This document shows, piece by piece, positions 25,131 to 38,116 of a DNA stretch of 64,000 nucleotides. A program made the translations under genes and the position numbers. Source of the stretch: Eremomyces bilateralis CBS 781.70. Taxonomy: Eukaryota. The notes beneath the pieces were generated by a model. That model made no database searches, was not told where the DNA came from, and saw nothing but the letters and a program-made list of their open reading frames with translations. Each line of letters starts with the position of its first letter. Within the stretch, counting starts at the first letter, position 1. The DNA is taken from assembly GCA_010015585.1 (NCBI GenBank), contig ML975152.1; one strand, given 5' to 3'.

Positions 25131-27424
25131 TTAATGCGTCCTTGCCCACTCACGATAGAACTCCAAACACTCCGGATTGCTCACGGACGCGGATAGCTTG
25201 ATATTCATTCCAGAGAGGATTTGCTTCACCGCCCCCTCGATCCTAGCTTGATATTAGCAAACCCTTAGAAAATCGGTGTTGAACTCACTTTTTCCCGTTC
25301 GTCGTCACTGGAATCTCGACGCACTCATCAACAATAGCCGGCACATGTCTCGCGCTTAACTCCCCTCGAATCGTCCTCTTCACCCTCTCCCTTAGCCCTT
25401 CATCCAACTGTTTCCCTTTCTCCATCTTCAAAAACAAGACCACCTCTTCATCCGCATCCTCCGCCCTCCGCCGCCCAATGCACAGCGCATCCGCCACCTC
25501 GCTCCCAAATCCCTTCAACACCACATTGTAGATCTCCGCGCTCCCGAACCGCACCCCCGCCGGCTTTAGCACCCCGTCGCTCCGCCCCAACATCACCAAC
25601 CCCGGGCCTGTCCGCGGGTTGAACCGCACAAAGTCCCCGTGGTGCCACACGCCGGGGAACAGCTCGAAGTACGCGGCGCGGTACTTCGCGATGCCGGTGG
25701 CGGTGTGGATGCCCGAGGAGCCGTCGGCGTCGCGCGCCCAGAAGCCGACGGGTTGGCAGGGGAACGGCGCCGTACAGACGAGGTCGCCTTCGGTGCCGCG
25801 GTCGGTGACGTCGGTGCGGTCGGGCTCGAAGGCGCGGATGGCCATGCCGAGGCCGGGGGCTTGGATTTCACCGGGGTAGACGGCGAGGAGGGGGTTGGGG
25901 GCGCCGAAGAGGGAGACGATGTCGGTGCCGCCAGTGATGCTAGCGAGGTTGAGGGAGGGGGGGAAGACGCGGTAAATGTAGCGGAAGGTGGAGGGGGGGA
26001 GGGGGGAGCCGGTGGAGTAGATGGCTTGGAGGGAGGTGAGGTCGAGGGAAGGGTGGGATCGGGGGTCGAGCTGCTTCTGCTCGAGGAGAGAGAGGTATTT
26101 GGCGGAGGTGCCAAAGTGGGTGATTTTGAGTTCGGAGATCAGTTTGGCCATCGCGTAGTCGTCTGGGATGGATGTTGGGGTGGCGTCCTCCTGTTCAAGG
26201 ACGGGATTTCCATTGATGGATTCCTTCGCCAACACGGCTCTGGATCGAAACGGAGAACCGTCATAGAGAACCAGAGCTGCGCCACTGGCGAGAGAGGTTA
26301 CTAACCAGTGCCTACAGAGCCATGTGATCAGTGGAATTCTTCGTGCTCAGATCGGAGGTAACAAACCACATCATCCACGCCGTCGTGGTGTAATACAAGA
26401 TTCGCGAACCCGGCCCAACATCACCATGAATGAAAAGCTCTTTCTTATGTTGAATCAGAGTTCCGATGGCGCCGTGACATATGCATTTCGGGGCGCCGGT
26501 GGTTCCACTGCTATAGAGGATATATATCGGATGGTTGGGCGGGAGTTGCTCGAAGATCAGTTCACTAGGTCGGCTCCGTTGGAGGAAGTCATTGTAAGTT
26601 AAAACCTCACCATACAGGACTTTGACGCTGGAGATATCCACATCTAAGCCGCTGATCGACCGGAATATAACCGCGGCCTTCAATGAAGGCAGGTCGGCCG
26701 CGATCTCAGCCACCTTAGGCAAAGCTGGATGGACTTTACCATTGTAGAACGATGCACTGTCTGCGAACAGCACGGTTGGCTCAATCTGACGCAGCCGTTC
26801 CAGGACGCCCTGAACCCCGAAATCCGGGCTCACAGCCGTCCAGATCGCACCCAGCGAAATGGACGCCAGCGCCGCAACCAACGTGTTCGCATGGTTGCCA
26901 ACAAAACCCGCAACCCGATCGCCCGGCCGAACCCCGAGCCCGTGTTGCAAAGCGCTCTGGCATTCACGCACCCGCTCACGGAGCTGGCCCCAGGAGACGG
27001 TTCGTCGGTCGATCTCCGTGACCTCGAACACCGCGACATCGTCCGCCGGCGGGTTCGAGGGTGGAAACAGCAGGTTCTCGGCGAAGTTGAGATGGGCGCC
27101 CTCGAAGAAGGCGGGGGGAGGGAACATGGGCGCCGACGCGTCTAGCACCTATGGACCGGTTCAGTTATTACGACCGCATCTGGGAGGAGGATTGCGAAGG
27201 GCGACCTTTTCGTAGGGCGTGGACGCCTTGATTCCGGTGAAGTGCCATACTTCTTCCCAGAAGGTCGGGAGGTCGGTGACGCTCCACGCGTATAGTTCTT
27301 TATACGTCTTGAAGTTGAGTCCATGCTTTTCATTTACGCGTTCCATGAAGCGGTACATATTAGTGGATGAGGGGTCATTGTGCTCCCATAAAGGAGTCAG
27401 GCCCTCTGCATCGTTGTCCGTCAT
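25131..27424 (-). CDS. Acetoacetyl-CoA synthetase (acetoacetate-CoA ligase), three introns
   Basis: FFEGAHLNFAENLL, YILYSSGTTGAPKCICH, TTAWMMWHWL, SITGGTDI, WHHGDF, GRSDGVLKPAGVRFGSAEIY and TTNGKK-IE; last exon ends NPECLEFYREWARTH*. Confidence 0.95.
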
Positions 27425-29447
27425 TCTGGCTATTGTTCTTCTGCCAGGAATTAGTACGTTGACTCATCTACAGCTGCTCGATCTGGGCGACATTGACTCA
27501 AGTACCTATCGTTTTAAAAAGAAGATATTATGGTATATTCTACGATTGATCTAATGCTTGAAAAGAGCACTGATAATTTTGATATTTTGGCATTGACGAC
27601 AATTGCCGTGATGACTCGTATTGGCGCAATTGAGCATCGGAGGGGTTGGCCGTTGACGGAGCTCCTCATCGCAGATCACACACGATTGTTTCGGTGGAGG
27701 AGGCTCTGCTTGGAAATTGGCTGGGCTGGTCGGCCGGGGTCAAGAGCACCAATTGCCACAGGCCCAGACGCACAACACTCCCAAGTCCCAGCCCTGTACT
27801 ACGTAGACTGCAGTGCGACTTCCGGAGCCTCCATTTGAGGTTGTACAGTTGTTTGGACATTTCATGTTTGGGACAATAGAATTACATTGTGATACTTGAA
27901 GTTCGGAGTATTTCTACAATTATACGGATACCACTCAGTTGAATCCTGCCTCCTGGTGTGGGTGGTTGCTATGTAATTGGATACCCGACGGCCGACACGC
28001 CAATTGCCAAAGGAGTAAGGACTAAGACGAGGCTGACTGGCTGAGTCTTGATTACTATTTTGGTTCCAAAGGATCCTCAAGGCTCAAGCGTATCTGCGCA
28101 TGAGCTTGACTCGACAAATGACGACAACCGACAGGGACAATTAATTAAAGGCATCGGTTTCCGGCGAAGATTGGGCACATCCTGGATTCCTGATGTAATT
28201 TCATTCAGGCTGGGCTGTGGCGTTACTGCTGACACGAAACGACGCGGTCGTTACGCGGTCGATGGGGGCTGGTGTCGCTGTGCCCCATGTCACTGTATCA
28301 CAATTGTTTCCAAACGGTGTTGAATATTTCGAAGAATCGGAGGATTGAAGAATTGAAGGATTGAAGGATTGAACAACCGGGTCGGATGAACGATTGCCAA
28401 TTGCGGTCGGAATTGTTAGGAAGTATTTGTACAGGAATTGGTATTAATGGGAATGGATTTGGGGCTAGGGAAACATGACGTTCGAACTCGATTACAAATG
28501 TCTCATTTTTCTGGATGCAATTCCTATTTCCTGCAAATTGGAATTGATTCTCGCCGTGTCGGAATTTCTTCGGAGATTTTTTGCCCCGACTTGGTTGGTC
28601 CGTTGGGTACGTACTCTTTCCATACGGAAATTCTCTCTCTCTTCGGTGCCCCTGACCGGGCCGCCAGAACTCCGACCAGCCACGGTGATTGGTCGATTGG
28701 TCGATTGTTGCCTGATCTATCCAATCGCTCCATCATCCATCGGCTGTCCTGTTTTCACCAACGCGATTATAGTGAACAGCACCTCTAGCATCTCTGTTCA
28801 CCGAATGGTAAATTGATAACAAACTCCTAGTATGTTGCATCCACTACAGTTTTATGCACGGTATGCACTAAATGCACCATCATAACCCGATGACCATTTC
28901 GTTCGGAAGTCGAAGGAAGCAAGGTTGATTTGTTGGTCCGTTGGTGTAGGCGACATTCATCCCTGTCGCTCCTTCCGTAGCACATCCGGCCCAGCCCCAG
29001 TTCTCTCCATCTCTCCGTTTCTCCCTCACAACTCACAAGGCACAACTAGACACCAGTAAAACTCAACCACCACCAACCACAGGCTACAGGGCACAGCACA
29101 GTCTACCACTACCACCGAGTGCCACCTTCAATTTCCTCCCACTGCTTCGGCTTCTGCTTCTCCTCTTCCTGCAGTCTGCACCCCATTCTCATTCAATCCT
29201 TACTCATTATTTCCTATCGTCCCTCCTTTGGATTCCGTTTCTCATCCGCTAACTTCCGTCGCCGACAAAAAGCTCGTGCTGTCATTTTCCTCTTTGATCC
29301 TTTATACTGTACAATTCCCTTCCTGCGCCCTCACAACGCCGTCGGCCTCCTTGCCACGGCTGGGCTCCCTCCCCTCATCTTCAACTCACCGCTTCATCCA
29401 CGACCCGTCCCGTAACCTGACACCTTCGAGCGTTGCATGCCCTTACG

Positions 29448-31424
29448 ATGTTGTCGACTATCACGAGGAACGACGGCATCGCGAAGCCATCGGATCCCTT
29501 CGACGAGAAAGCCGCTCTGCGCCGCCCGGCACCACCAAAATCGAACAATCCCTTCGCCAATTTCTTCTACGGCCAACGACCACGCAATAATGAATCCAAC
29601 GTGCTGGCCCCGTCAGTGACGACCCTTCAACCGCAGATGACCGCCGCTGCCATGCTCTCCCTATCCCCGTCCACTCTGGAGAAGTTACGAGAGGAGGAGA
29701 AGAAAATGATTGCCGCGCAACTGCTGTCCATGGACGACCAGTTGAAGGCAGCCAAGCAATTCGCTGAATTCGGTCCGCTGCGCTCCCATGATCATCTCCA
29801 TTCAAGCGCCTGGGAGGGCAATGAGTTCCCCACTCCGATTGAGGATTTGCCGGGGCTGTTCTACGTTTTGACCACCTACATCAGCTACCTGATCCTGATC
29901 ATGACCGGGCACTTGCGCGACTTTTTCGGCAAGATGTTCCGCAAGGAACATTACAAGCATCTTCTGGAGCAGGATGGATACGCCCCGCTCAACAGCGATT
30001 TCGAAGAGTTCTACGTGCGCCGATTGAAAACACGCATCAATGACTGCTTTTCACGGCCTACGACCGGTGTTCCTGGCCGATTCATTACCCTCCTCGAGCG
30101 AAAGTCAAACGACAACAACCAAAGCTTCCGGTTCACGGGAAAGACCATCGAGACGCTCAATATGTCTTCGTACAATTACTTAGGGTTCGCTCAGTCCGAA
30201 GGTCCGGTTGCGGACGCGGTTGAGACGTCCATTCGCCAAAAGGGCATCAGTCTCACCAGCTCTCGGGCCGACGCCGGTACCTCCGACCTCCATATTGAAG
30301 TCGAAGATCTCGTGGCCAAATTCGTCGGCAAGCCTGCCGCCATCGTCTTCAGCATGGGCTTCGTAACGAATTCGACCGGGTTCCCTTCCTTGGTTGGCAA
30401 AGGCGATTTGATCATCTCCGATGAACTCAACCACTCCTCGATTCGCAACGGAGCCCGTCTATCCGGCGCGATGATCACCTCCTTCGCTCACAACGACATG
30501 GAAGACCTGGAGCGGATCCTCCGGGAACATATCTCGCAAGGCCAGCCCCGAACGCATCGCCCATGGAAGAAGATCTTGGTAGCCGTGGAAGGCCTGTACA
30601 GCATGGAGGGAACCATGTGCAACCTTCCGGGTCTGGTCGCGCTCAAGAAGAAGTACAAGTACAACCTCTTCGTCGACGAGGCCCATTCCATCGGCGGACT
30701 TGGCCCGCAAGGCCGCGGAGTATGCGATTACTTCGGTATCGACCCCGCCGATGTTGACATCCTGATGGGGACCCTGACCAAATCATTCGGTGCTAATGGC
30801 GGTTACCTCGCTGCCGATGAAGCCATCATTCGGAAACTCCGCTGCATGAACGCCGCCTCCCTCTTCGCTGAGTCACCCACTCCCCCAGTGTTGGTACAAA
30901 TTGCCGCCGCTCTCAAGATGATCTCCGGCGAGATCCACCAAGGCGAAGGCCGCGAGCGACTCCAGCGCCTCGCCTTCAACTCCCGCTACCTCCGCCTAGG
31001 CCTCAAGCGCCTCGGCTTCATCGTTTATGGCCACGATGATAGCCCCATCATCCCCATCATGTTGTACCACCCGGCCAAAATGCCCGCCTTCAGCCGCGAG
31101 ATGCTCAAACGCAAGATCTCCGTCGTCGTCGTCGGCTACCCGGCCACCCCGCTCATCAGCTCGCGCGCCCGCTTCTGCGTGTCCGCCGCCCACACCAAGG
31201 AGGACCTCGACCTCATGCTCCGCGCCTGCGACGAGATCGGCGACATCCTGCAGCTGAAGATCAGCTCCGGCATCTCCGGGGGGGCGTACCCCGAGGACGA
31301 ACAGGTCGAGGACATCGATCCGAAGACCGGGGCGCTATTGAAGAGCATCATTAAGGCGCCCCGGTGGCAGCTGGACGACGTGCTGCTGCGCGGTGTGGAG
31401 GACACCAAGCTGCCTCTACGGTAA
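29448..31424 (+). CDS. LCB2: Serine palmitoyltransferase catalytic subunit 2 (PLP-dependent), intronless
   Basis: LNMSSYNYLGFAQSEG, ISDELNHSSIR, EGLYSMEG, VDEAHSIG, PLP-lysine motif GTLTKSFG and RARFCVSAAH. First in-frame ATG at 29448. Confidence 0.96.
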   Translation: MLSTITRNDGIAKPSDPFDEKAALRRPAPPKSNNPFANFFYGQRPRNNESNVLAPSVTTLQPQMTAAAMLSLSPSTLEKLREEEKKMIAAQLLSMDDQLKAAKQFAEFGPLRSHDHLHSSAWEGNEFPTPIEDLPGLFYVLTTYISYLILIMTGHLRDFFGKMFRKEHYKHLLEQDGYAPLNSDFEEFYVRRLKTRINDCFSRPTTGVPGRFITLLERKSNDNNQSFRFTGKTIETLNMSSYNYLGFAQSEGPVADAVETSIRQKGISLTSSRADAGTSDLHIEVEDLVAKFVGKPAAIVFSMGFVTNSTGFPSLVGKGDLIISDELNHSSIRNGARLSGAMITSFAHNDMEDLERILREHISQGQPRTHRPWKKILVAVEGLYSMEGTMCNLPGLVALKKKYKYNLFVDEAHSIGGLGPQGRGVCDYFGIDPADVDILMGTLTKSFGANGGYLAADEAIIRKLRCMNAASLFAESPTPPVLVQIAAALKMISGEIHQGEGRERLQRLAFNSRYLRLGLKRLGFIVYGHDDSPIIPIMLYHPAKMPAFSREMLKRKISVVVVGYPATPLISSRARFCVSAAHTKEDLDLMLRACDEIGDILQLKISSGISGGAYPEDEQVEDIDPKTGALLKSIIKAPRWQLDDVLLRGVEDTKLPLR

Positions 31425-33988
31425 CCTTCCGATGTTCATGGGCGTTTTTGGTTTTCCTGCACATTGTGGCGTCATCGGTTCGGACGGAGCAGGAGGGAGC
31501 TTTTGTTTTCGATTCTCGAACAAACCCCGCAAGCGGTCGGGTGTTTAATCTTAATGCCTATTCCTAATACAAGCGGAGGAAAGCCCTTGGGGAGACGGGG
31601 CGTGTACTTGCACATGCGTGTTGCGTCTCCGTGTCGGGTGTTCGGCAATAGAACCTTTTTTTGATAGATTGGAACTGCGGGAGTTCCTACTACCTCTTGG
31701 TAGCAATGAATCATTTCATCCCGAGAACACAGCTCTGTTCATGATCTATACTTTGACGAACGCTATCCATACCACTCGTTCATGGAATTTCATCCGGCAA
31801 TTCCGATCCCTCTCCATGAAGAGGTCAGACAAGCGGCCAGACACCCACTGCTCGTTTAGTGACGCTGCCATCCGCGTTCTCAGACCATTATGGAGAGAAC
31901 CTGGTCCGCTGCCTCTTCCCAACGCCCGCCTAACCCGTTAATAATCCATCATTGTCCAGGAAACGGTGGCATCCCTCCACGATCGTTGGTAAAGCGTCAT
32001 GCTCATGGCTCGTTGGGAATACCAACGTTGGGATTCGCAAGAGGGCCGAGCCGGGCGTACCATCCCGACGTAACGGCCGTGACCATCTTGGGGATAACGT
32101 GCGTGTAACCATTCCGGACAAGATGTCGTTGATTGGGGTGTTCTCTTCTATGGACTTTAGCATCTTGAGGGGATCCGGTGATATTCTCGCTCCTTGAATT
32201 TGTCCAATCTTGAGCATTATCCCACCGAAGAAAGGATTGACGCCCTCCACTCCGGATGGGCAGGCTGTCCTGATGGCAACTTTGCTGCTCGTCATTGCTA
32301 TGAGTTTGGGTGACATCCAATAGTCTCCTATTATGGATGGTCAAGTGTCGGAAAATCTATAATCCAACACCAAGACGGCATAGATGTACGCCTTTTTTTA
32401 CCGTCTTGAGGTTGGTCTAGGGATGTGGTGTGCTGGGGGTAATTTACGTCCAAATATTGATCGACCGCTGATTTATATAACCACATGGAGCAATGCATCG
32501 AGCTACTGACAACCGCTACAGATGGTCAGATACATGTTACTTAGCCAAGGGTAGAAACCAACTAGTGGATACCATGGCAGTATCATTTCGAGTATTCAGT
32601 CGAATAATGTCTCGAAGGAGCAATATCGAATAATACAACCCTGTACATACCCAATCGGCGACCATCCATGCTCCTGAAAACTTGCATGGCTTAAACCACG
32701 AACGTATGTCGAAAGGCAGGACCCAGGATCCAGTTGAGGGAGTGCTCACATGGTATAAAATCATCACAAAGTCAATATCAGACCAATGTTCCAACCTAAA
32801 GGGACCGTGTTGCCGCAGGTGTTGCAAGGTTTGCCAGTACAGCTCTGGTAATCCGCATCTATCCAAAAACCCCATCGAATACGCAATCAAGCGAAGCAAG
32901 TTTTCATGGCTTCAGTGGTGGCCGGTCTGCCATCATCGTCGGAGACCACGCGCCTCCAGGCGCTGCCTTTAGTACTGAGGCTTTCGCCCACGTCCCTGAC
33001 ATCTCGAGCGGGCTCACTGCAGTAGCTGGAGTGGAATTCCAGGAAGCGATGTCGTTGGACATTGGACGATTGCCCCGGCTTTCCTTCGGGGTTCTCAGTG
33101 TCATTGGTAGGCGATGAGACTCCCCCTGGGAACCCCCTTTCGTCGCAAGTTCGTCTGCCTCTTCTGCAACGAGATCGGGAAAACGATGAATAGCTGGAGT
33201 GGGATTTCTCTTAGAGAGTGCTATCAACGCGGCGAGAAACGCTTCTCGTAACTTGGGCTGGAGCAAAGCGATTCAAGGAGGTACGGAAACAAGACGGAGC
33301 TGGCATGTAAAAATGTCTTGTTTTGTAGACTTGGACGTTGTTTGAAGGGAACTCTAGCTTAGAATTGAATCTAACTATGGCAGCGGTACATCTTAGAGAC
33401 AGTGTGTAGTTGTATGATTCTCACGATTCGCTCTCGGACGGTTGTAAGAGAACATTGGATGAAAATGGAACCGCTGTGAAATGGCCTTCAGATCTGACCA
33501 TGCCTGTATTGATATCCTCCCGGATGGAGAGATCTATGTATCGCTTAGGCCCGGAGTATAACCAAGCACAAGTATATGAACCATCCAGAGCCCGAGTCCG
33601 AACGGCGTGACTCTCTCTTTTGATCTCTTGACAGTCGAATGAAGCGCACATATCGATCCAAGGAGCTTCAACTCTCACCCGACGTCGCCAGGAAGAGGTC
33701 CAGGTCGTTCCTGAGACCATCAGCCATCAGCGGGAGATATCCGTGATTCTCCTTGTTTCCCGAGTACCACGTGAACCGTGTACAGGTAGGTATTCGAAAA
33801 CGGAAGGCACGCCGGAACCGTTAGACAGCGGTTTCTAAAGAAAGGAGCATTCTGGTGAAAGGCCATAAGACCAACATCCCCACGACCAGAACTAACATCA
33901 AACATCAAATACCTTCGTTATCATTCTTCCAAGAACAGTAACATTAACACCCAGTTTCCAGACAAAGTCAAATCCAAACACCGAAGTG

Positions 33989-34798
33989 ATGCGCAAGATG
34001 GACGATTTCTACTTTTTCACCACCTTCAACCTCTTCCCTGACAAATATGACGAAGTGAGTTCCGATGAGAATCAAAGACTGAACAAACTGACAGGTTCGA
34101 AAGTGGCAAAGCGCATTCGATGGCCTGGCCGCCTACACTTGGGAAGAGGAACCCGATACGAAGACATATCAGTTCGCAGTGCCGTTGGACTACAAGGACA
34201 ATTGGTCCGGCGCAACCAGCGTGCTCGCCTTCGAGCGCTATGGGGAAAGAGAGGGTATGGAAACCCAACTTAAAGCCCCACCTTCATTGTTTGGTGACAC
34301 GGGATAGACTTGTATAAGACGCATTTCAAAAGCCCAGCCATGGCGAAGTTCCTGCTACTCACCACTCCCTTGGTCACCACAGACCCGGATCTGAACCACT
34401 ATGAATGCGTGGGCGGGTTCCTCGATATATTCGGGAAAAAGTCCGAATGCGAGATAATCCTGGACGTCAAGATCGCATGCCGGTCGGACAGCGCTCGCAG
34501 TGATGTTCTCGGGAGATTGACTGAACTCGCCGATATAGTCGAGGACAAGGAGAAGATGATGAGTTCCGGCGTGATGACCTGGATGGCGTTCAAACGCCTG
34601 GACAATGACACGGGGGTGCGGATCTTTGGCCGATACAAGACTCGGGACGCTATGGAGAAGTTCATCCGTCGCGAGGAGTACAATGACTTCTGGAGGGCGT
34701 CGTTGAAGGATATTGGGTCCATGGAGAGCAGAGGATGGGTGCCGAATGGGAAGGGGTGGCTTCATAGAGAGGGATTGGAGGGCGAGAAGAGCGAGTGA
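33989..34798 (+). CDS. Dimeric alpha/beta-barrel (ABM/quinol monooxygenase-like) tandem-domain protein, two introns
   Basis: Spliced reading MRKMDDFYFFTTFNLFPDKYDE-WQSAFDGLAAYTWEEEPDTKTYQFAVP...LAFERY...HFKSPAMAKFL; second repeat ...VEDKE...GVMTWMAF...IFGRY. Donors GTGAGT and GTATGG. Confidence 0.68.
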
Positions 34799-35163
34799 TG
34801 GAGGATTGGGAGAATTGACACCTTCATTGTTGGAAGAAAGCGTTGGATCATCTACCTATTCATTCATTCACAAACCATTCAATAACGATTCTAAATTCTG
34901 AGGGATGGGTTCTGTTGTAATTTGTTGAGCGACGATCGGTTCTTCTCGCCGAGAGCATCGGACAGTCTGTCACCCGGACCTCGTCAGGACAACCAAACTG
35001 CACGGACCACTTTCCAAGCTCCCGAAAGCTTCCCCCTTCAGAATTTTAACCTGTCTTCTTCCATCCTTTACATCTCTTCCATCTTCAATTGATCCGTCAA
35101 CACGTCAACTCCATCAATCAATTACCTCTCTCTCTCTTCTCGTCCATCAAGAGACTCGTCGCC

Positions 35164-35768
35164 ATGTCGTCTTTCGCCCGATTCAACGCCACTACCGGCC
35201 GTATGGCCCTCCGCAACCTGCAGGCCCAGCCCGCCCGGTCGTTCCAGAGTACGTGTGATTTCCATCCCATTCGCATCAATTCCCGTGCCCTTTCCATCGA
35301 GATCCCATCGGGATCCCATCGAGTGCCCGTCCGCTGACCTCTTGACCAGCCCAGGCCCGTCTGCCCGTCGCGAAGAACGGCCTCCTCATGAACGCCGCCC
35401 GTAAGAACGTCACCTCGCAGCTGGCCCGCAACGCCGTCCAGTCCCGCGGCATCGTTGTCGAGAGCACCGCCGCCGCCATGGTCGCCGCCGCGAAGATCCA
35501 GGGTGCCGGCATGGCCACCATTGGCCTCGCTGGTGCTGGTGTTGGTATCGGGACGGTTTTCGGCTCGTTGATCACGGTATGAGCACCCCGGCTTCTCGGC
35601 CACCCGCATTTCCAAATTTTCATCAAACTCATTCAATGACAGGGTGTCGCTCGCAACCCCAGCCTGAGGGGCCAGCTCTTCCAGTACGCCGTCTTGGGTT
35701 TCGCCTTCGCTGAGGCTACTGGCCTGTTCGCTCTCATGATGTCCTTCTTGCTCCTCTACGTCGCATAG
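35164..35768 (+). CDS. ATP9: Nuclear-encoded mitochondrial ATP synthase subunit c (subunit 9) with presequence, two introns
   Basis: Arg-rich presequence lacking acidic residues; mature part [71 protein letters not shown] with the GxGxGxG, RNP and proton-binding Glu motifs. Confidence 0.97.
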
Positions 35769-36204
35769 ATGGAGAGTTAGCACGGATCTCGCTCGAGCTT
35801 TGATTTACTATCGGGGGAAAAGGGTCTATTGTCAAATATGTGGGATCTTTGGAACCCGAAAAATCGCGGCGATAATAGATCATGGCGACGAAGCTTGTGT
35901 ATTGAACTGATGGAGCCCTTCCGAACCACCGTTGTATCATAGATCAATCTGATCATTGCCCTACAGGATTTCTTCGAAATGGTTATTGTTTACTTGACTT
36001 TGATTACGTTTGCCGAACCAGTTTTTGTCCTTCGCACCCGGCCCACCATACTGCTGCCATGCCGCTGCCATCGTAACCCGGCAATTTTCTCGGTGATGCC
36101 TATGTATCACCTCAACCATGCCATTTCCCATATGCCCACAACTGCTCCATTTGTTAACACAACCTATGAAATCCGCCCTTGGCGTATAAGAACTGCAGCC
36201 CATC

Positions 36205-38116
36205 CTACGACCCGATCTTGACCGTTGCAACCGGAGTCTTGTCCATTCCGTGCATTTCATAGAACTTGCACTTGCTGCCATAGGGACAATGACCGAGCGG
36301 TCCGTTCTCGTTCTGACAATGATGACCGGTCAAGCACCACGGATCCTCGCAGTCCGCACCCTGGAAACACGGCATCGTTCGAGCCACGAGGCGTAACATG
36401 TTGAGTTCCCTCGGAGTGGGTTTATAATCGTGCCGATTCCTGCATTCCTCCTTGTAACATTGCCCGTTAAGGAAGTACTGGTTGCAGAGTCGAAGGCCCT
36501 TGACGTGGTCGTAAACGGCTTTATCCGTGATATGGAAGGGCGGATCTAGTCGTTCGCGATACTTGTTCCGTCGAATAGGCGGAGGCGACTGGGAGCGGGG
36601 CGGATCGCTGCCCGCGGTAAACTGTTGAGATTGAGCCGATTTGGATAGACCCAACGGCACACCGTTGGACGAGCTAGGGGCCGCAGGAGTCGTCGTCGCA
36701 GCCGCAGTGGCCCATGACGGTACGCGAGATTTTGAGGCGAGATTGGCCGCCGCTACCTCGGGTGACGGCGTCGCTGTGGGAGGAGTCATCGACTCTTTTC
36801 TGATAATAGGCATGGTGGGGAGAGTCGAAGGCGCAACTATCTTGTTGCTGCGGAATATACTCCCAAACTTAATTTTGTTGAAGGGTAGACTCTTAAGCTC
36901 GAACTCGAAAGGTACGCCTTCGAGGAGCGTGACACGAGCCAATATGCCTTCGTCACTCTCGTAATCTTCTAGGAGGCGCCGATATCCATTGTCATGGGAG
37001 CAGCCTAAGATGATCTGCCTGCAATGTGGATCGAAGAGGTTGAGTTTGAAGTTTTCTAGCTTCGTGAGTCCTGAACCAAAAGGGACCTAGGTTACGGGGA
37101 TGGTGGTTTGCATACCTCGAATCTTTTCATCCGCTCTATCTTTTCCGTGACCGACATCAATGCTGTCAAATAACAATTTACTCTTCGTAAATCCTCGAAA
37201 AAATTGCTCCACTATCTCGGGGCGAGAGGCAAGCCCGGCTCGATAACAGACTTCCGAGAACGACTTCATGCTCACATACAAGCGACAGACGATCCTCGCG
37301 TGGGGAATCGAGGACAAGTTCGGGTTTGGGGACTGTTCAAGGAAATCCCTGATTTGAGATTCGAATAGACCGGCAGCTTTCCTTCCGCCATCTTCGCCCT
37401 CTGCGAGTAGTTCATCCGCGAACTACGACTAGTTAGTTATGAGAGTTCGATTGAAGGGACGGGTGCTTACGACAATGCCATCCCCATCTAGTAGTATTAA
37501 CACAAAGGGATCACGGTCCTGTCAGCAAAATTAGCCACCCGTCTAAGCAAGTATAGGAAGACCGTCCTGGTCAACGCCTTTGAAGCATGATAACAAAGAG
37601 GATATAGTGACAGCGTGTTCCATAGGCATAACTAAGCCTCCGTGGAATGGGTTGGGCAAGTCCTTCAAGGACTGTTGATAGAACAGGTCCTCTAGGGGAA
37701 ATGGTGGTAGCTTACCCTAAGCATTCTCAGCTCCATACTCAACTTATCCTTGCTCTTTGTTGTAGCGTCGTCCTTCTCCGCTAACTGACGTTCGAGGTCA
37801 CGGATCTTCTTCTGAGAATTGCGATTATGTTCCCGTTCCCGCTCGAGATCATAGCTCATCTCCGCCGCGTTCTCGCAGTGACGAAGCATTTCCTTCGCGA
37901 TGGATTAAACGCAGGTCATCAATATGTGACGATGCCACGGAAACTCACCAGCATCAAGCGCTGCTTATCGTTCTCGAACCGGAGCAGTTCCTCGATCTTC
38001 TGACGAAATATCTCTGGTGCCATCTGAGGATGTATAGCTTGGGAAGCGGTGGTGAAGGATCCAGCGCTGTGCCCGTTCAATGGGGAGGCCATGCTGGATT
38101 GACCTAAATGCGCCAT
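36205..38116 (-). CDS. Fungal CCCH zinc-finger protein: coiled coil, DGD...GCSHDNGY domain, tandem C-terminal CCCH fingers; multi-exon
   Basis: Exons give DRDPFVLILLDGDGIV-FADELL..GEDGGRKAA, FFRGFT..FDSIDVGHGKDRADEKIR, CRQIILGCSHDNGYRRLL and RVTLLEG; fingers CNQYFLNGQC...C...H and C...C...C..GHHC...C..C.F..MH. Confidence 0.85.
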
